DNA of 40,650 nt from Myxococcales bacterium (lineage in GTDB: Bacteria > Myxococcota_A > Polyangia > Fen-1088). The notes under the pieces are model-generated. The model had not been told where the DNA came from and made no database searches. It worked only from the letters and a program-made list of their open reading frames with translations. Of the stretch, positions 1 through 8,559 are shown in pieces; the first letter of the stretch is position 1, and the number at the start of each line of letters is the position of its first letter. The position numbers and the translations under genes were made by a program. Location: positions 21,326-61,975 of the forward strand of contig PMBS01000073.1 of the NCBI GenBank assembly GCA_003153015.1. The letters are read 5' to 3'.

Positions 1-208
1 GGCGGTCACCCCGCCGGTGGTTGCCACGCCGCCGGTGGCGGTCACCCCGCCGGTGGTTGCCACGCCGCCAGTGGTGCTCACCCCGCCGGTCGTCGTCACC
101 CCGCCGGTGGTTGCCACGCCGCCAGTGGTGCTCACCCCGCCGGTCGTCGTCACCCCGCCGGTCGTCGTCACCCCGCCCGCGGCGCTCACCCCGCCGGTCG
201 CTATTGCG
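1..208. repeat. 18-bp coding tandem repeat (about 11 units) with a duplicated 54-bp higher-order unit (47-100 = 101-154)
   Basis: Units such as ccgccggtggttgccacg, ccgccagtggtgctcacc and ccgccggtcgtcgtcacc encode hexapeptide GGVxTT on the minus strand. Confidence 0.9.
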
Positions 209-342
209 CCACCGTTTACTGAGGCGCCTCCGGTTCCCGAGCTTCCACCCGTGCCATTGGCATTCCCGCTATTGCTGCTTGAACATCCGGCCAACGTCAT
301 CAGTCCAATGGCCAACACCCGAATTTCCCGCAGTTCGATCAT
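1..342 (-). CDS. Secreted lipoprotein, N-terminal part (Gly/Thr-rich linker); continues beyond the window start
   Basis: Not in the ORF track. The minus strand has a GGAGG RBS, then ATG at 342: MIELREIRVLAIGLMTLAGCSSSNSGNANGTGGSSGTGG..., with lipobox LAGC and GGV(A/S/T)TT repeats, open to position 1. Confidence 0.85.
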   Translation of the reverse strand, partial: MIELREIRVLAIGLMTLAGCSSSNSGNANGTGGSSGTGGASVNGGAIATGGVSAAGGVTTTGGVTTTGGVSTTGGVATTGGVTTTGGVSTTGGVATTGGVTATGGVATTGGVTA

Positions 343-673
343 GGTTTTCCTCCGGCAAAAAGAGACTGTTCTTGGAAGTTCCTGTTCATGGTTCGAGGAA
401 CTACTCGGTGATCTTGGTGGCCGGCGTACCCCTTAGGACGCCCAGTACCTGAGTACGATGCTCAAAGTCACCCACATGTGGCAGGGCAGGGCGGATGCCT
501 GCCTCTCTGCCTGCGCCTGACCCGAGGGAAAGTGATCTACTTGCCGGTGGCAGCCAGGGCATCCAAAGCGGCCAGCACTTCGCGGCTATGTGCGGCGGGC
601 TTCACGTCGGCAAACACCCGCGCGATCTTGTGATATAGCAGAGTCGCCGGTTGACGCCGGGTCGAAGGTTCGC

Positions 674-3370
674 ATGACCAAGCGGAAGACGAAACCCCGA
701 GGGTCCCGAGGGCCGACCAAGCCGAGTTCACCCCCCACTCGGGCACGGGCCGGCAAGGCGCCCAGGGCTCCGGCCACAGCCGTCGCTCCCACGCCGGGAG
801 GCTTTGCTGTGGCTGCCCTGGGAGTTACGAATGAGGATCTCATCTTCGCCAACCAGCGACTGCAGTCCGCCAGTGAAGAGTTACAGACTACCAAGGAAGA
901 GCTCCAGTCGGTGAACGTGGAGCTGGAGACCGTCAACCGCGAGCTACGGCAGAAGGTGGACGAGCGCAAGCAAGCGGAGGAGCTGGTCCGCCGCTACGCC
1001 AGCCTGCTACGTCTATCCCAGGACGCCGTCCACGTGCGCCGCCTGGGCGGGCAAATCGAGTTCTGGAACGACGGAGCCGAAGATCTCTACGGCTTCACTG
1101 AGAAGGAGGTTGTGGGCAAGAATGTCTACCAGCTCCTGCAGACGGTTGGCGCGATTTCCATGGCCGAGGTGGACGCGATGCTGGCTCGGGTTGGCCACTG
1201 GGAAGGGGATCTGGTCAACCGCTCCAAGAAAGGACGGATGGTCACGGTCTCTGTCCGGATGCAGCTTGTGCGCGGCGAAGATGGAGACGAGCGGATTTTC
1301 GAGTCGGGCCACGACATCAGCGAGCGCAAGCAGGCCCAGCAGCGGCTGGCGGCCATTGTCGACAGCATCGCCGACGGTTTTTACGCCATTGATCGGCAAT
1401 GGCGCGTGACCCACATGAACGACACCGCCCTGGGCTACTTCCACAGGTCGCGCGAAGAAGTGCTGGGGCGCTTCCTCTACGAAGTTTTCCCCCGATTTCG
1501 CGGCAGCATCTTCGAGGCTGAATTGCGCCGGGCAATGAAGACCGGCGCCCCGATCCGCGTCCATGCACCATCGGTGGTCACCGATCGAACGGTAGAGCTG
1601 TTTGGCTATCCGGGTCCGGACAACCTGACCGTGCTGTTCCGGGATGTCACCGAGCGCGAGATCCAGTCACATCGCGTGCAGCAGCTCACGCAGCTCTATG
1701 CGGTCCTCAGCCGGGCCAACGAGATGATCGTCCGCACGCGCGACCAGACTCAGATCTTCCGGGAAGTGTGCCGTATCGTCGCCGAGCAGATGACATGCCC
1801 ATTGGTCTGGGTCGGTCTGGTCGAAGGCGGTAGGGTGAAGCCCGCGGCGGCCAGCGGTACCGCCACCGAGTACCTTGATGGCATCACAGTGGAGGTCGAA
1901 GGCGAACTGGGCCAAGGCCCGACGGGCTCGTGCATCCGCGACGATCGGGCAGTGGTGAATGATGACTTCGACGCCAACCCTTTGATGTCGCCATGGCGCG
2001 AGTCGGCCTTGCGCCACGGCTTCCGAGCTTCCGCCGCCTTCCCCCTGCACAGGAACGGAAAGGCGGTGGGCGCTCTTACCTTGTACTCGAAGCAACGTGC
2101 TGTCTTCGACTCGGAGCAGGTCGAGCTACTGCTGGCGCTGGCGGCCGATGTCTCGTACGCGCTAGATGCGATCGAAGCCGAGCGCCTGCGCGGCGAGGCC
2201 GAACGTGCCCTACGACAGAGCGAGACTGAGCTTCGCGACGCGGACGCGCGGAAGAATGAGTTTCTCGCGATGCTCTCCCACGAGCTGCGCAACCCGCTCG
2301 CACCGATCAAGAACAGCCTCTACGTCCTCGCGCATGTCCGCGGTGATGCCGAGCAAGTGCAGCGCGCTGAATCGGTGATCGAGCGCCAGGTCACGCACCT
2401 GACCAGGCTGGTCGACGATCTGCTTGACGTCACGCGGATCACCCGGGGAAAGATCCAGCTTGAGAAGGAACAACTGGATCTCGACGAACTGGTAGGCCGT
2501 ACCGTCGAGGACCACCGCGACCTGTTCGCAAGAACCGGAGTCAAGCTTACCTTGCGGCCCAGCGGCGCCAGGTTGAGGGTCAATGCAGACAGGACCCGCC
2601 TTGCCCAGGTAGTCGGCAATGTGTTGCAGAATGCCGTGAAGTTCACCCCCAAAGGCGGCGCCACCACCGTGTCGGTCGAGAGGCGTGAGGATGGCCAGGC
2701 GGCAGTTCGGGTCTGCGACACCGGGGTTGGCATCGCCGCAGACATCGTGCCGCACCTGTTTGAGCCGTTCACTCAGGCGGACCGGACCCTCGACCGCTCA
2801 CAGGGTGGTCTCGGCCTGGGACTGGCGCTGGTCAAGGGCCTGGTGGAAATGCATGGCGGTTCGGTTGCGGTGCGCAGCGAAGGGCCAGGCAAGGGTGCCG
2901 AGGTCGAGGTGGTGCTGCCCACGGTAACCGCATCGGCAGTCACCGCGCCTCGCCCTGCCCAGGCCGAGCCTTCGCAACCGCGTCGGCGCGTCCTCATCAT
3001 CGAAGACAACCGCGACGCCGCCGACAGCCTGCGAGAGGTGCTGGAGCTGGTGAATCACTCGGCGATGGTTGCCTACTCCGGCGATGAGGGCATGGAGAGG
3101 ATTCGGGTGCACCGGCCCGACGTCGTCCTCTGCGACATCGGCCTGCCTGGGATGGACGGGTACGAGATCGCGCGGGCGGTTCGCGCCGACGCCGCCCTGT
3201 CCGCCACCACTCTGATTGCGTTGAGTGGGTACGCCGCCGCCGAGGACGTTGCCAAGGCGCAGGAGGCGGGCTTCGATTGCCACCTTGCCAAACCCCCGAG
3301 CATTGAAGCTATCGAGCACGCGCTCGCGGACGCGGAGAGGCGAACAGCCGGACGTGGAAGAGTCGCATGA
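674..3370 (+). CDS. Hybrid sensor histidine kinase (coiled coil-PAS-PAS-GAF-HisKA-HATPase-REC)
   Basis: PAS motifs (IEFWNDGAEDLYGF, VTHMNDTA), GAF (HGFRASAAFPL), H-box FLAMLSHELRNPL, N-box NVLQNAVKFT, G boxes DTGVGI and GLGLGL, REC (VVLCDIGLPGMDG, LAKP). ATG at 674 is preferred over the track start at 590. Confidence 0.93.
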   Translation: MTKRKTKPRGSRGPTKPSSPPTRARAGKAPRAPATAVAPTPGGFAVAALGVTNEDLIFANQRLQSASEELQTTKEELQSVNVELETVNRELRQKVDERKQAEELVRRYASLLRLSQDAVHVRRLGGQIEFWNDGAEDLYGFTEKEVVGKNVYQLLQTVGAISMAEVDAMLARVGHWEGDLVNRSKKGRMVTVSVRMQLVRGEDGDERIFESGHDISERKQAQQRLAAIVDSIADGFYAIDRQWRVTHMNDTALGYFHRSREEVLGRFLYEVFPRFRGSIFEAELRRAMKTGAPIRVHAPSVVTDRTVELFGYPGPDNLTVLFRDVTEREIQSHRVQQLTQLYAVLSRANEMIVRTRDQTQIFREVCRIVAEQMTCPLVWVGLVEGGRVKPAAASGTATEYLDGITVEVEGELGQGPTGSCIRDDRAVVNDDFDANPLMSPWRESALRHGFRASAAFPLHRNGKAVGALTLYSKQRAVFDSEQVELLLALAADVSYALDAIEAERLRGEAERALRQSETELRDADARKNEFLAMLSHELRNPLAPIKNSLYVLAHVRGDAEQVQRAESVIERQVTHLTRLVDDLLDVTRITRGKIQLEKEQLDLDELVGRTVEDHRDLFARTGVKLTLRPSGARLRVNADRTRLAQVVGNVLQNAVKFTPKGGATTVSVERREDGQAAVRVCDTGVGIAADIVPHLFEPFTQADRTLDRSQGGLGLGLALVKGLVEMHGGSVAVRSEGPGKGAEVEVVLPTVTASAVTAPRPAQAEPSQPRRRVLIIEDNRDAADSLREVLELVNHSAMVAYSGDEGMERIRVHRPDVVLCDIGLPGMDGYEIARAVRADAALSATTLIALSGYAAAEDVAKAQEAGFDCHLAKPPSIEAIEHALADAERRTAGRGRVA

Positions 3371-3612
3371 ACGTGCGGGAGAAGCACTGATGGGATACGA
3401 ATCCAGCAAAGACCTTCGCGCGGAAGAATGAATAGGGTGTGGCACCGAATGTGGTGAGGCTCGCGGGGGTTGAGTGCACGTCGGTTGCTGCCGCTACGGG
3501 CGTGGTCACCGCCGATGGCGCGCCTAGTCACTGCGTTTCATCCACATCCTAGCCTGCTCGGCGATGGCGGAGGCGACCTTCCCCTTCTGAACCCACGGCG
3601 TGTTGATACGAC

Positions 3613-4710
3613 ATGATGAAAGTCTCTCGAATCCTCCAGAACCACGCGCCCGTCTGCAGCCTGCTAGCCATTGCTGTTCTTGGTATTGCGTCGTGCTCGA
3701 TCGCACCCTCTCCTCCGCCCCAAGGAAGCGGCGGCCAGGGCGGCACGGGCACCAGCGGCGGGGCGGGCGCACACAGCGGGGGCAGCAGCGGAAGTGGAGG
3801 CGGCAGCGGAAGCGGTGGAAACGTCGCCTCAGGCGGGCAGGCAGCCAGCGGTGGAAACGTCGCCTCAGGCGGGCAGGCAGCCAGCGGGGGGAACGCCGCC
3901 TCGGGCGGGCAGGAAGCCAGCGGGGGGAACTCCGCCTCGGGCGGGCAGGAAGCCACGGGTGGGACGGTAGGCAGTGGGGGCAGCGGAGGGGCGGACGCAG
4001 CCTCTGACGACAGCAATTCTTCTGACGATGGGGTAACTTTGGACGACGGCGGGGGAACCAGTGGGGCTGGCGACAGCAGTAGCGACGACATGGGGAACTC
4101 CCCCACCGAGCCAACCGATGCCGATCGGTGTGTCGCAGTTGGCGGAACCTACACCGACGACAAATGCGTGATTGATTGCAGCGCTACCGGCGCTTGCGGA
4201 TCCGTGGTCACTTGTCCAAACCTCCTCACTTGCCAAATCACCTGCGGGCAAGATGGATGCGCAGGCGGGATTGACTGCGGCCAGGCTGCCGGTTGCGACA
4301 TCGCGTGTACGGGATCCAATTCGTGCACAGGCTCGGTCAACTGCTCGGGCACTTCCTGCACAGTGGCTTGCGGTGGCACCAATGCCTGCCACAGCGGGGT
4401 GGCCACCGGCGCTGGCACGAATCAAGTCAGTTGTAGCGGCGACGGCGCCTGTGCCGCGAACGTGGCTTGTTCAGGCAACACGTGCGCATTGACCTGCTCG
4501 GGGAACGGGTCTTGCGCGGGAGCTGTGTCGGTATACGGAACCACAGTCACCGCCGGCTGCACAGGCACGAACTCGTGCCAGGGGCGCGTAGATTGCGCCG
4601 CCTCAACTTGCGGAATCGATTGCACGGGACCACAAAGCTGTCCCCATGGTGCTTGTTGTCACGCGGGAAGCTGCGCCGTACAGCCCTCCACGCTGACTTG
4701 CTCACACTAG
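3613..4710 (+). CDS. Putative secreted lipoprotein with Gly/Ser linker and Cys-rich repeat domain
   Basis: Hydrophobic signal ending IASC, SGGNVASGGQAA repeats, an acidic stretch, then regularly spaced Cys in 21-aa repeats. Confidence 0.8.
   Translation: MMKVSRILQNHAPVCSLLAIAVLGIASCSIAPSPPPQGSGGQGGTGTSGGAGAHSGGSSGSGGGSGSGGNVASGGQAASGGNVASGGQAASGGNAASGGQEASGGNSASGGQEATGGTVGSGGSGGADAASDDSNSSDDGVTLDDGGGTSGAGDSSSDDMGNSPTEPTDADRCVAVGGTYTDDKCVIDCSATGACGSVVTCPNLLTCQITCGQDGCAGGIDCGQAAGCDIACTGSNSCTGSVNCSGTSCTVACGGTNACHSGVATGAGTNQVSCSGDGACAANVACSGNTCALTCSGNGSCAGAVSVYGTTVTAGCTGTNSCQGRVDCAASTCGIDCTGPQSCPHGACCHAGSCAVQPSTLTCSH
3811..3954 (+). repeat. 4 x 36-bp coding tandem repeat
   Basis: agcggtggaaacgtcgcctcaggcgggcaggcagcc occurs twice exactly, followed by two variants. 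Confidence 0.9.
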
Positions 4711-6509
4711 CGTATCGGCGCGCAGCTCGAAACCCCGGCGCCGACGATAAAGGGGGCGGTACCGGCGATGACGGTGCGGATGGTCTGCGGCGTGTCGCGC
4801 GGCACCTCATACACTGAGCTGCCGAGGAAGATCCAGAATGAGCCGCCCCAGAACTTCACGGCCCAGTTGCCCCCACTTGCTAGGTCTGGATACGAGTAGC
4901 TTTCCAGCGTCCTGCCGGTGGTTGGGTCAATCCGTACCAAGACGGCGGAACCCGCTGGCCCGCTCCCGTTCGGAACAAAGCCCCACAAGCTGCCGTCACC
5001 AGTTCCAGTCAGCTCTGCATCTCCGGCCTGGAGTTTGGCAACCGGCGTCACCATCAGGGAAGGAAACGACACGGTGGCCAGTATCTGAGGGTAGTTGATG
5101 CCGGAGATATACAGCGTATCGACGTCGGTCGACGGATCGAACACAAAACCCATTCCAAATCTGCTCAGCCCACGCTGTCCCACTTGGAAGCTCGTCGCCT
5201 CGCACCCGGCAGTCGCGGTGTCCACCTTGAAAAGACTGCCATCGCTATAGTTCACCCACGCGACTGCGTTCTGATCAACCGCCATCGAGTTGGTCCCGGC
5301 CGTGGTCGGGCATTGGAGTATCCCGATGTCGGTGAAGGTCGCCGTCGTCGGATCAAAACGCGACAACATGCCCTGCTTGTCCACGGTGTAGATCCACTGG
5401 CTGCTGGCCTCGACACAGACCGTGTCGATGGTAGCCGACAATGACACCGACGCCGTGGGCGCGCGTGGGTTGCCGGTTTGCAGGACCAGCGTCCCGGTTT
5501 TCAGGTGGGGGGGCAAGCTGTCGAATGCGCCGAAATGGAGGGAGATACTCGCGCCTTCCCCTGGCGCGACGGCGAACGCGCGCGCCTGCCCGGTGTCCAG
5601 GGCGAAGCCCGGGTCACTGCCCGGGCCGAAGTCGACGCCCGACACCTGGCAGGGGTCACTGCCCTGGTTGCCCAAGACGACAGCTTGGCTGGGGGTGGTT
5701 GTGTTAAGGACAACCTTGCCGAAGTCCAGCCTGTCCGGCGCGACGGTCAGCGCGCAGCCGATGTCGATGTCGGCCGAGAGCGGGATCGTCACAGTCGCGT
5801 GCTTGCCGTCGGTACTCTCGAAAACCAGAGTCCCGATCCGGTGATGGGGGAGCGCCACGTCAGTGGCGTGAAAGGCGAGCATAATCGACTGTTCATAGCC
5901 GGGAGCGAGCGAGAAGTGGTCATCTTGCGGTTCGAGCCCGAACTGCGGATCACTGCCCTGACCGATTGCGATCCCCGCAACGTCACACGGAGTGGTGCCA
6001 TCGTTCGTGACAACGACCAGAGAATTGGCCTTGGTGTCGATGTGGACGTGCCCGAAGTCGACGGCGAGCGGTCGAAAACTGACCCTGCAGTTGGTCTGAA
6101 TTCGGCCGGTGAGCGACACCTCCAATTGCGGCCGAAGCGGATCGTTGGTCTGCAACACTAGGGTTCCCCGACGGGCAAGCGGCACCGCGACGCTGACGGG
6201 GCTGAAGGTCACGGAAAAGCTTGCCTGCTCGCCCGGATCCAGGACCAGCGACGCCGGCGTGCCAAGCGCGAACCAGGGGTCAGAGCTGGGGTCTAGCGCG
6301 CCTGAGATCCGGCAGGTGGTATCACTCCGGTTGGCCACGCCAACGTTCCCGCTCGCCTGGTCGCCGGGAGCGACCTCACCAAAATCGAGGGCGGTGGGCG
6401 CGATATCGATCGAGCAGATCGGCAGCAGCGGGGTCCGGTAGCACGCCAGCCCGAGGAGCAAGCAGCAGCACAGAAGGACGAGCCCAGGACAGTGATAGCC
6501 GACGCGCAT
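4707..6509 (-). CDS. Putative lipoprotein with three Ig-like (choice-of-anchor D/ASH-like) repeats and a C-terminal beta-propeller-like domain
   Basis: Start MRVGYHCPG with a signal ending LLLGLAC; three repeats PxxxDFGxV...N.....C...LAPG...F...G.LV..(T/S). The upstream extension in the track overlaps glgC and is not credible. Confidence 0.75.
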   Translation of the reverse strand: MRVGYHCPGLVLLCCCLLLGLACYRTPLLPICSIDIAPTALDFGEVAPGDQASGNVGVANRSDTTCRISGALDPSSDPWFALGTPASLVLDPGEQASFSVTFSPVSVAVPLARRGTLVLQTNDPLRPQLEVSLTGRIQTNCRVSFRPLAVDFGHVHIDTKANSLVVVTNDGTTPCDVAGIAIGQGSDPQFGLEPQDDHFSLAPGYEQSIMLAFHATDVALPHHRIGTLVFESTDGKHATVTIPLSADIDIGCALTVAPDRLDFGKVVLNTTTPSQAVVLGNQGSDPCQVSGVDFGPGSDPGFALDTGQARAFAVAPGEGASISLHFGAFDSLPPHLKTGTLVLQTGNPRAPTASVSLSATIDTVCVEASSQWIYTVDKQGMLSRFDPTTATFTDIGILQCPTTAGTNSMAVDQNAVAWVNYSDGSLFKVDTATAGCEATSFQVGQRGLSRFGMGFVFDPSTDVDTLYISGINYPQILATVSFPSLMVTPVAKLQAGDAELTGTGDGSLWGFVPNGSGPAGSAVLVRIDPTTGRTLESYSYPDLASGGNWAVKFWGGSFWIFLGSSVYEVPRDTPQTIRTVIAGTAPFIVGAGVSSCAPIR

Positions 6510-6747
6510 TGACGTACCTTGCCAGATTTCGCCCACCAAGGCCAGACGCCCCAATCCCGCGTAATCCCGCGGCAAGCGCAGCGACGCCGCGGGGCGCCTG
6601 GCGGGAGGCGGTAGCCCAAGGCGAAGTCGCGCGCCCGGCCAGCCAATGAAGGGTGGCCGTGGCCGTGGCCGTGGCCGGACACTCTGGATACGCTGGCCGC
6701 TAACCTGCGCCTGCAAGCCGTGAGATTCCGAGGTAAGGATCGCGGCT

Positions 6748-8001
6748 ATGGACGACGTGCTGGCAATCATATTGGGGGGCGGACGCGGGGCGCGCCTGTT
6801 TCCCCTCACCCTCAAACGCTCGAAGCCGGCCGTCCCCATCGGCGGCAAGTATCGCCTCATCGACATCCCCATCAGCAACTGCCTGAACGCGGGGCTGCGG
6901 CACATCTTCGTGCTCACGCAGTTCAACTCGGAAAGCCTGAACACGCATATCGCGATGACCTACAAGTTCGACGTGTTCTCTTCAGGCTTCGTGACCGTGC
7001 TGGCCGCGGAGCAGACCGAGGAGGGAGGCGATTGGTTTCAGGGCACGGCCGATGCCGTGCGCCAGGGCCTGCGCCACATGCATCGGAGAGCTGGGCGCGA
7101 TCTGATGGTGCTGTCGGGAGACCAACTGTACAGCATGGACTTCCGCCGAATGCTGCGCACCCATCGCGAGAGCGGCGCCGATGCGACCGTGGCGGTGATT
7201 CCCGTGGCGGAAGAGCACGCCACCGGACTCGGCATCCTGAAGATAGACGGAACCGGCCGCGTCGTCCTCTTCGAGGAGAAGCCGCCGCGCGAGCGACTGC
7301 CGGCCCTGATTTCCGACATCCCCGGGCACGAGCCCGCCTGCCTGGCCTCGATGGGCATCTATATCTTCCGGCGAGACGTTCTGGAGAAGGCCGTCTCCGA
7401 CCCGAAGCTGGTTGACTTCGGTCGGCATGTCATCCCCAACGCAGTCCCGGACCAGCGCGTGCAGGCGCATGTCTATCGCGGCTACTGGGAGGATGTCGGG
7501 ACGATCCCGTCGTACTTCAAAGCCAACCTAGCCCTGTGCCAGCCGATTCCTCCTTTTGATTTCTACGACGCCGCCCGCCCCGTTTTCACCAAACAGCGCT
7601 TTCTGCCTGCTTCGAAGCTGGATCAATGCACCATTCACAATGCCCTCATCTCCGAGGGTTGTATCTTGCAAGGCGCGGATATCGACCGCGCCGTCATCGG
7701 TATCCGCAGTCGCATCGGCAGCAACGTGCGCATCCGCAACAGTCTGCTCATCGGCGCCGACAGCTACGAGACCTTGGATGAGATACGCGCCACCGAGGCG
7801 CGCGGCATACCGCCGGTCGGCGTCGGCTCCGATTCGATCATCGAGAGCGCCATCATCGACAAGAACGCCCGCATCGGCCGCAGCGTCCGCATCGTCAACC
7901 AAGCCGGGGTCAAAGAAAAGGATGGGGACGGCTATTTCATCCGTGATGGGATCGTGGTCATTCCCAAGAATGGCATTCTCCCTGACGGAAGCGTGATCTA
8001 G
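6748..8001 (+). CDS. glgC: Glucose-1-phosphate adenylyltransferase (ADP-glucose pyrophosphorylase)
   Basis: ILGGGRGARLFPLT, KPAVPIGGKYRLIDIPISNC, LTQFNS, WFQGTADAVRQ, FEEKP, ASMGIY, YWEDVGTI, C-terminal beta-helix ending GIVVIPKN. Confidence 0.97.
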   Translation: MDDVLAIILGGGRGARLFPLTLKRSKPAVPIGGKYRLIDIPISNCLNAGLRHIFVLTQFNSESLNTHIAMTYKFDVFSSGFVTVLAAEQTEEGGDWFQGTADAVRQGLRHMHRRAGRDLMVLSGDQLYSMDFRRMLRTHRESGADATVAVIPVAEEHATGLGILKIDGTGRVVLFEEKPPRERLPALISDIPGHEPACLASMGIYIFRRDVLEKAVSDPKLVDFGRHVIPNAVPDQRVQAHVYRGYWEDVGTIPSYFKANLALCQPIPPFDFYDAARPVFTKQRFLPASKLDQCTIHNALISEGCILQGADIDRAVIGIRSRIGSNVRIRNSLLIGADSYETLDEIRATEARGIPPVGVGSDSIIESAIIDKNARIGRSVRIVNQAGVKEKDGDGYFIRDGIVVIPKNGILPDGSVI

Positions 8002-8501
8002 ATCACATTTTCCGGTCGACTAGCGCGGGGCCACCGCTGCCGGGGTCGACACCGCTTGCGTCTTCGCGCCATTCACCCGGCCCGCCGTTCCTACATTGGG
8101 AATAGGGTAGTCCACCAATCTGTTGACTAACGGTTTCCACTGGCGAGCTGCCGCATGCCGTTGTCCAGCCTGTATTGCATTGGGCTACGAGTCTCTGCCT
8201 CCCAGCGCGGTGACAGGATTGGAGCCCAGTGGTGTTCTTCCCGTTGGGCTGCGCCGGGAGGTTATTGTGGCACATCAATGCGGACGGCGGCATCAGATGG
8301 CACGAGCTCACCTAGAGTGGCCGGTCTGCCCGTGAAACGCAGAAACAAGAGCGCCTCGAAGTCCTATGAGCGACTCGGTAACGAGGGCGTCCACCTTCAA
8401 CCGGTGAGGGTTCGCCGGTCGGTGTTGGATCTCCATCAGTCGCAGGGCCAGTTGCGGCCAGATTCCGTCGTGGCGTGGCCATATTGCGCACGCGTGGGTC
8501 T

Positions 8502-8517
8502 TGGTCCATGGCTTGCA
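8502..8517 (+). promoter_or_regulatory. Candidate sigma-54 (-24/-12) promoter of the radical SAM gene
   Basis: TGGTCCATGGCTTGCA has the correct GG-N10-GC spacing and lies about 40 bp upstream of ATG 8560, which has an AAAGGAG RBS. Confidence 0.45.
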
Positions 8518-8559
8518 AACGTTCGTTCACCAAATCATGCCTAGAAAGGAGTTGCTGCA

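Noticed and set aside
1-208. CRISPR-like repeat array
   Set aside because: The units are contiguous 18-mers with no unique spacers, and they encode a Gly/Thr linker.
17-452. Pro/Val-rich and Arg-rich + strand ORFs in the track
   Set aside because: They are antisense shadows of the minus-strand lipoprotein, which has the RBS and lipobox.
343-673. Riboswitch (e.g. cyclic dinucleotide) upstream of the lipoprotein or kinase genes
   Set aside because: Core consensus elements could not be matched by eye here or at 39704-40152; an Infernal scan is needed.
3811-3954. 36-bp repeats of CRISPR-like length
   Set aside because: They are tandem, in frame and spacer-less, and there are no cas genes.
6510-6944. 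N-terminal extension of the 4707..6944 ORF
   Set aside because: It overlaps glgC antisense and an intergenic repeat; the signal peptide begins at 6509.
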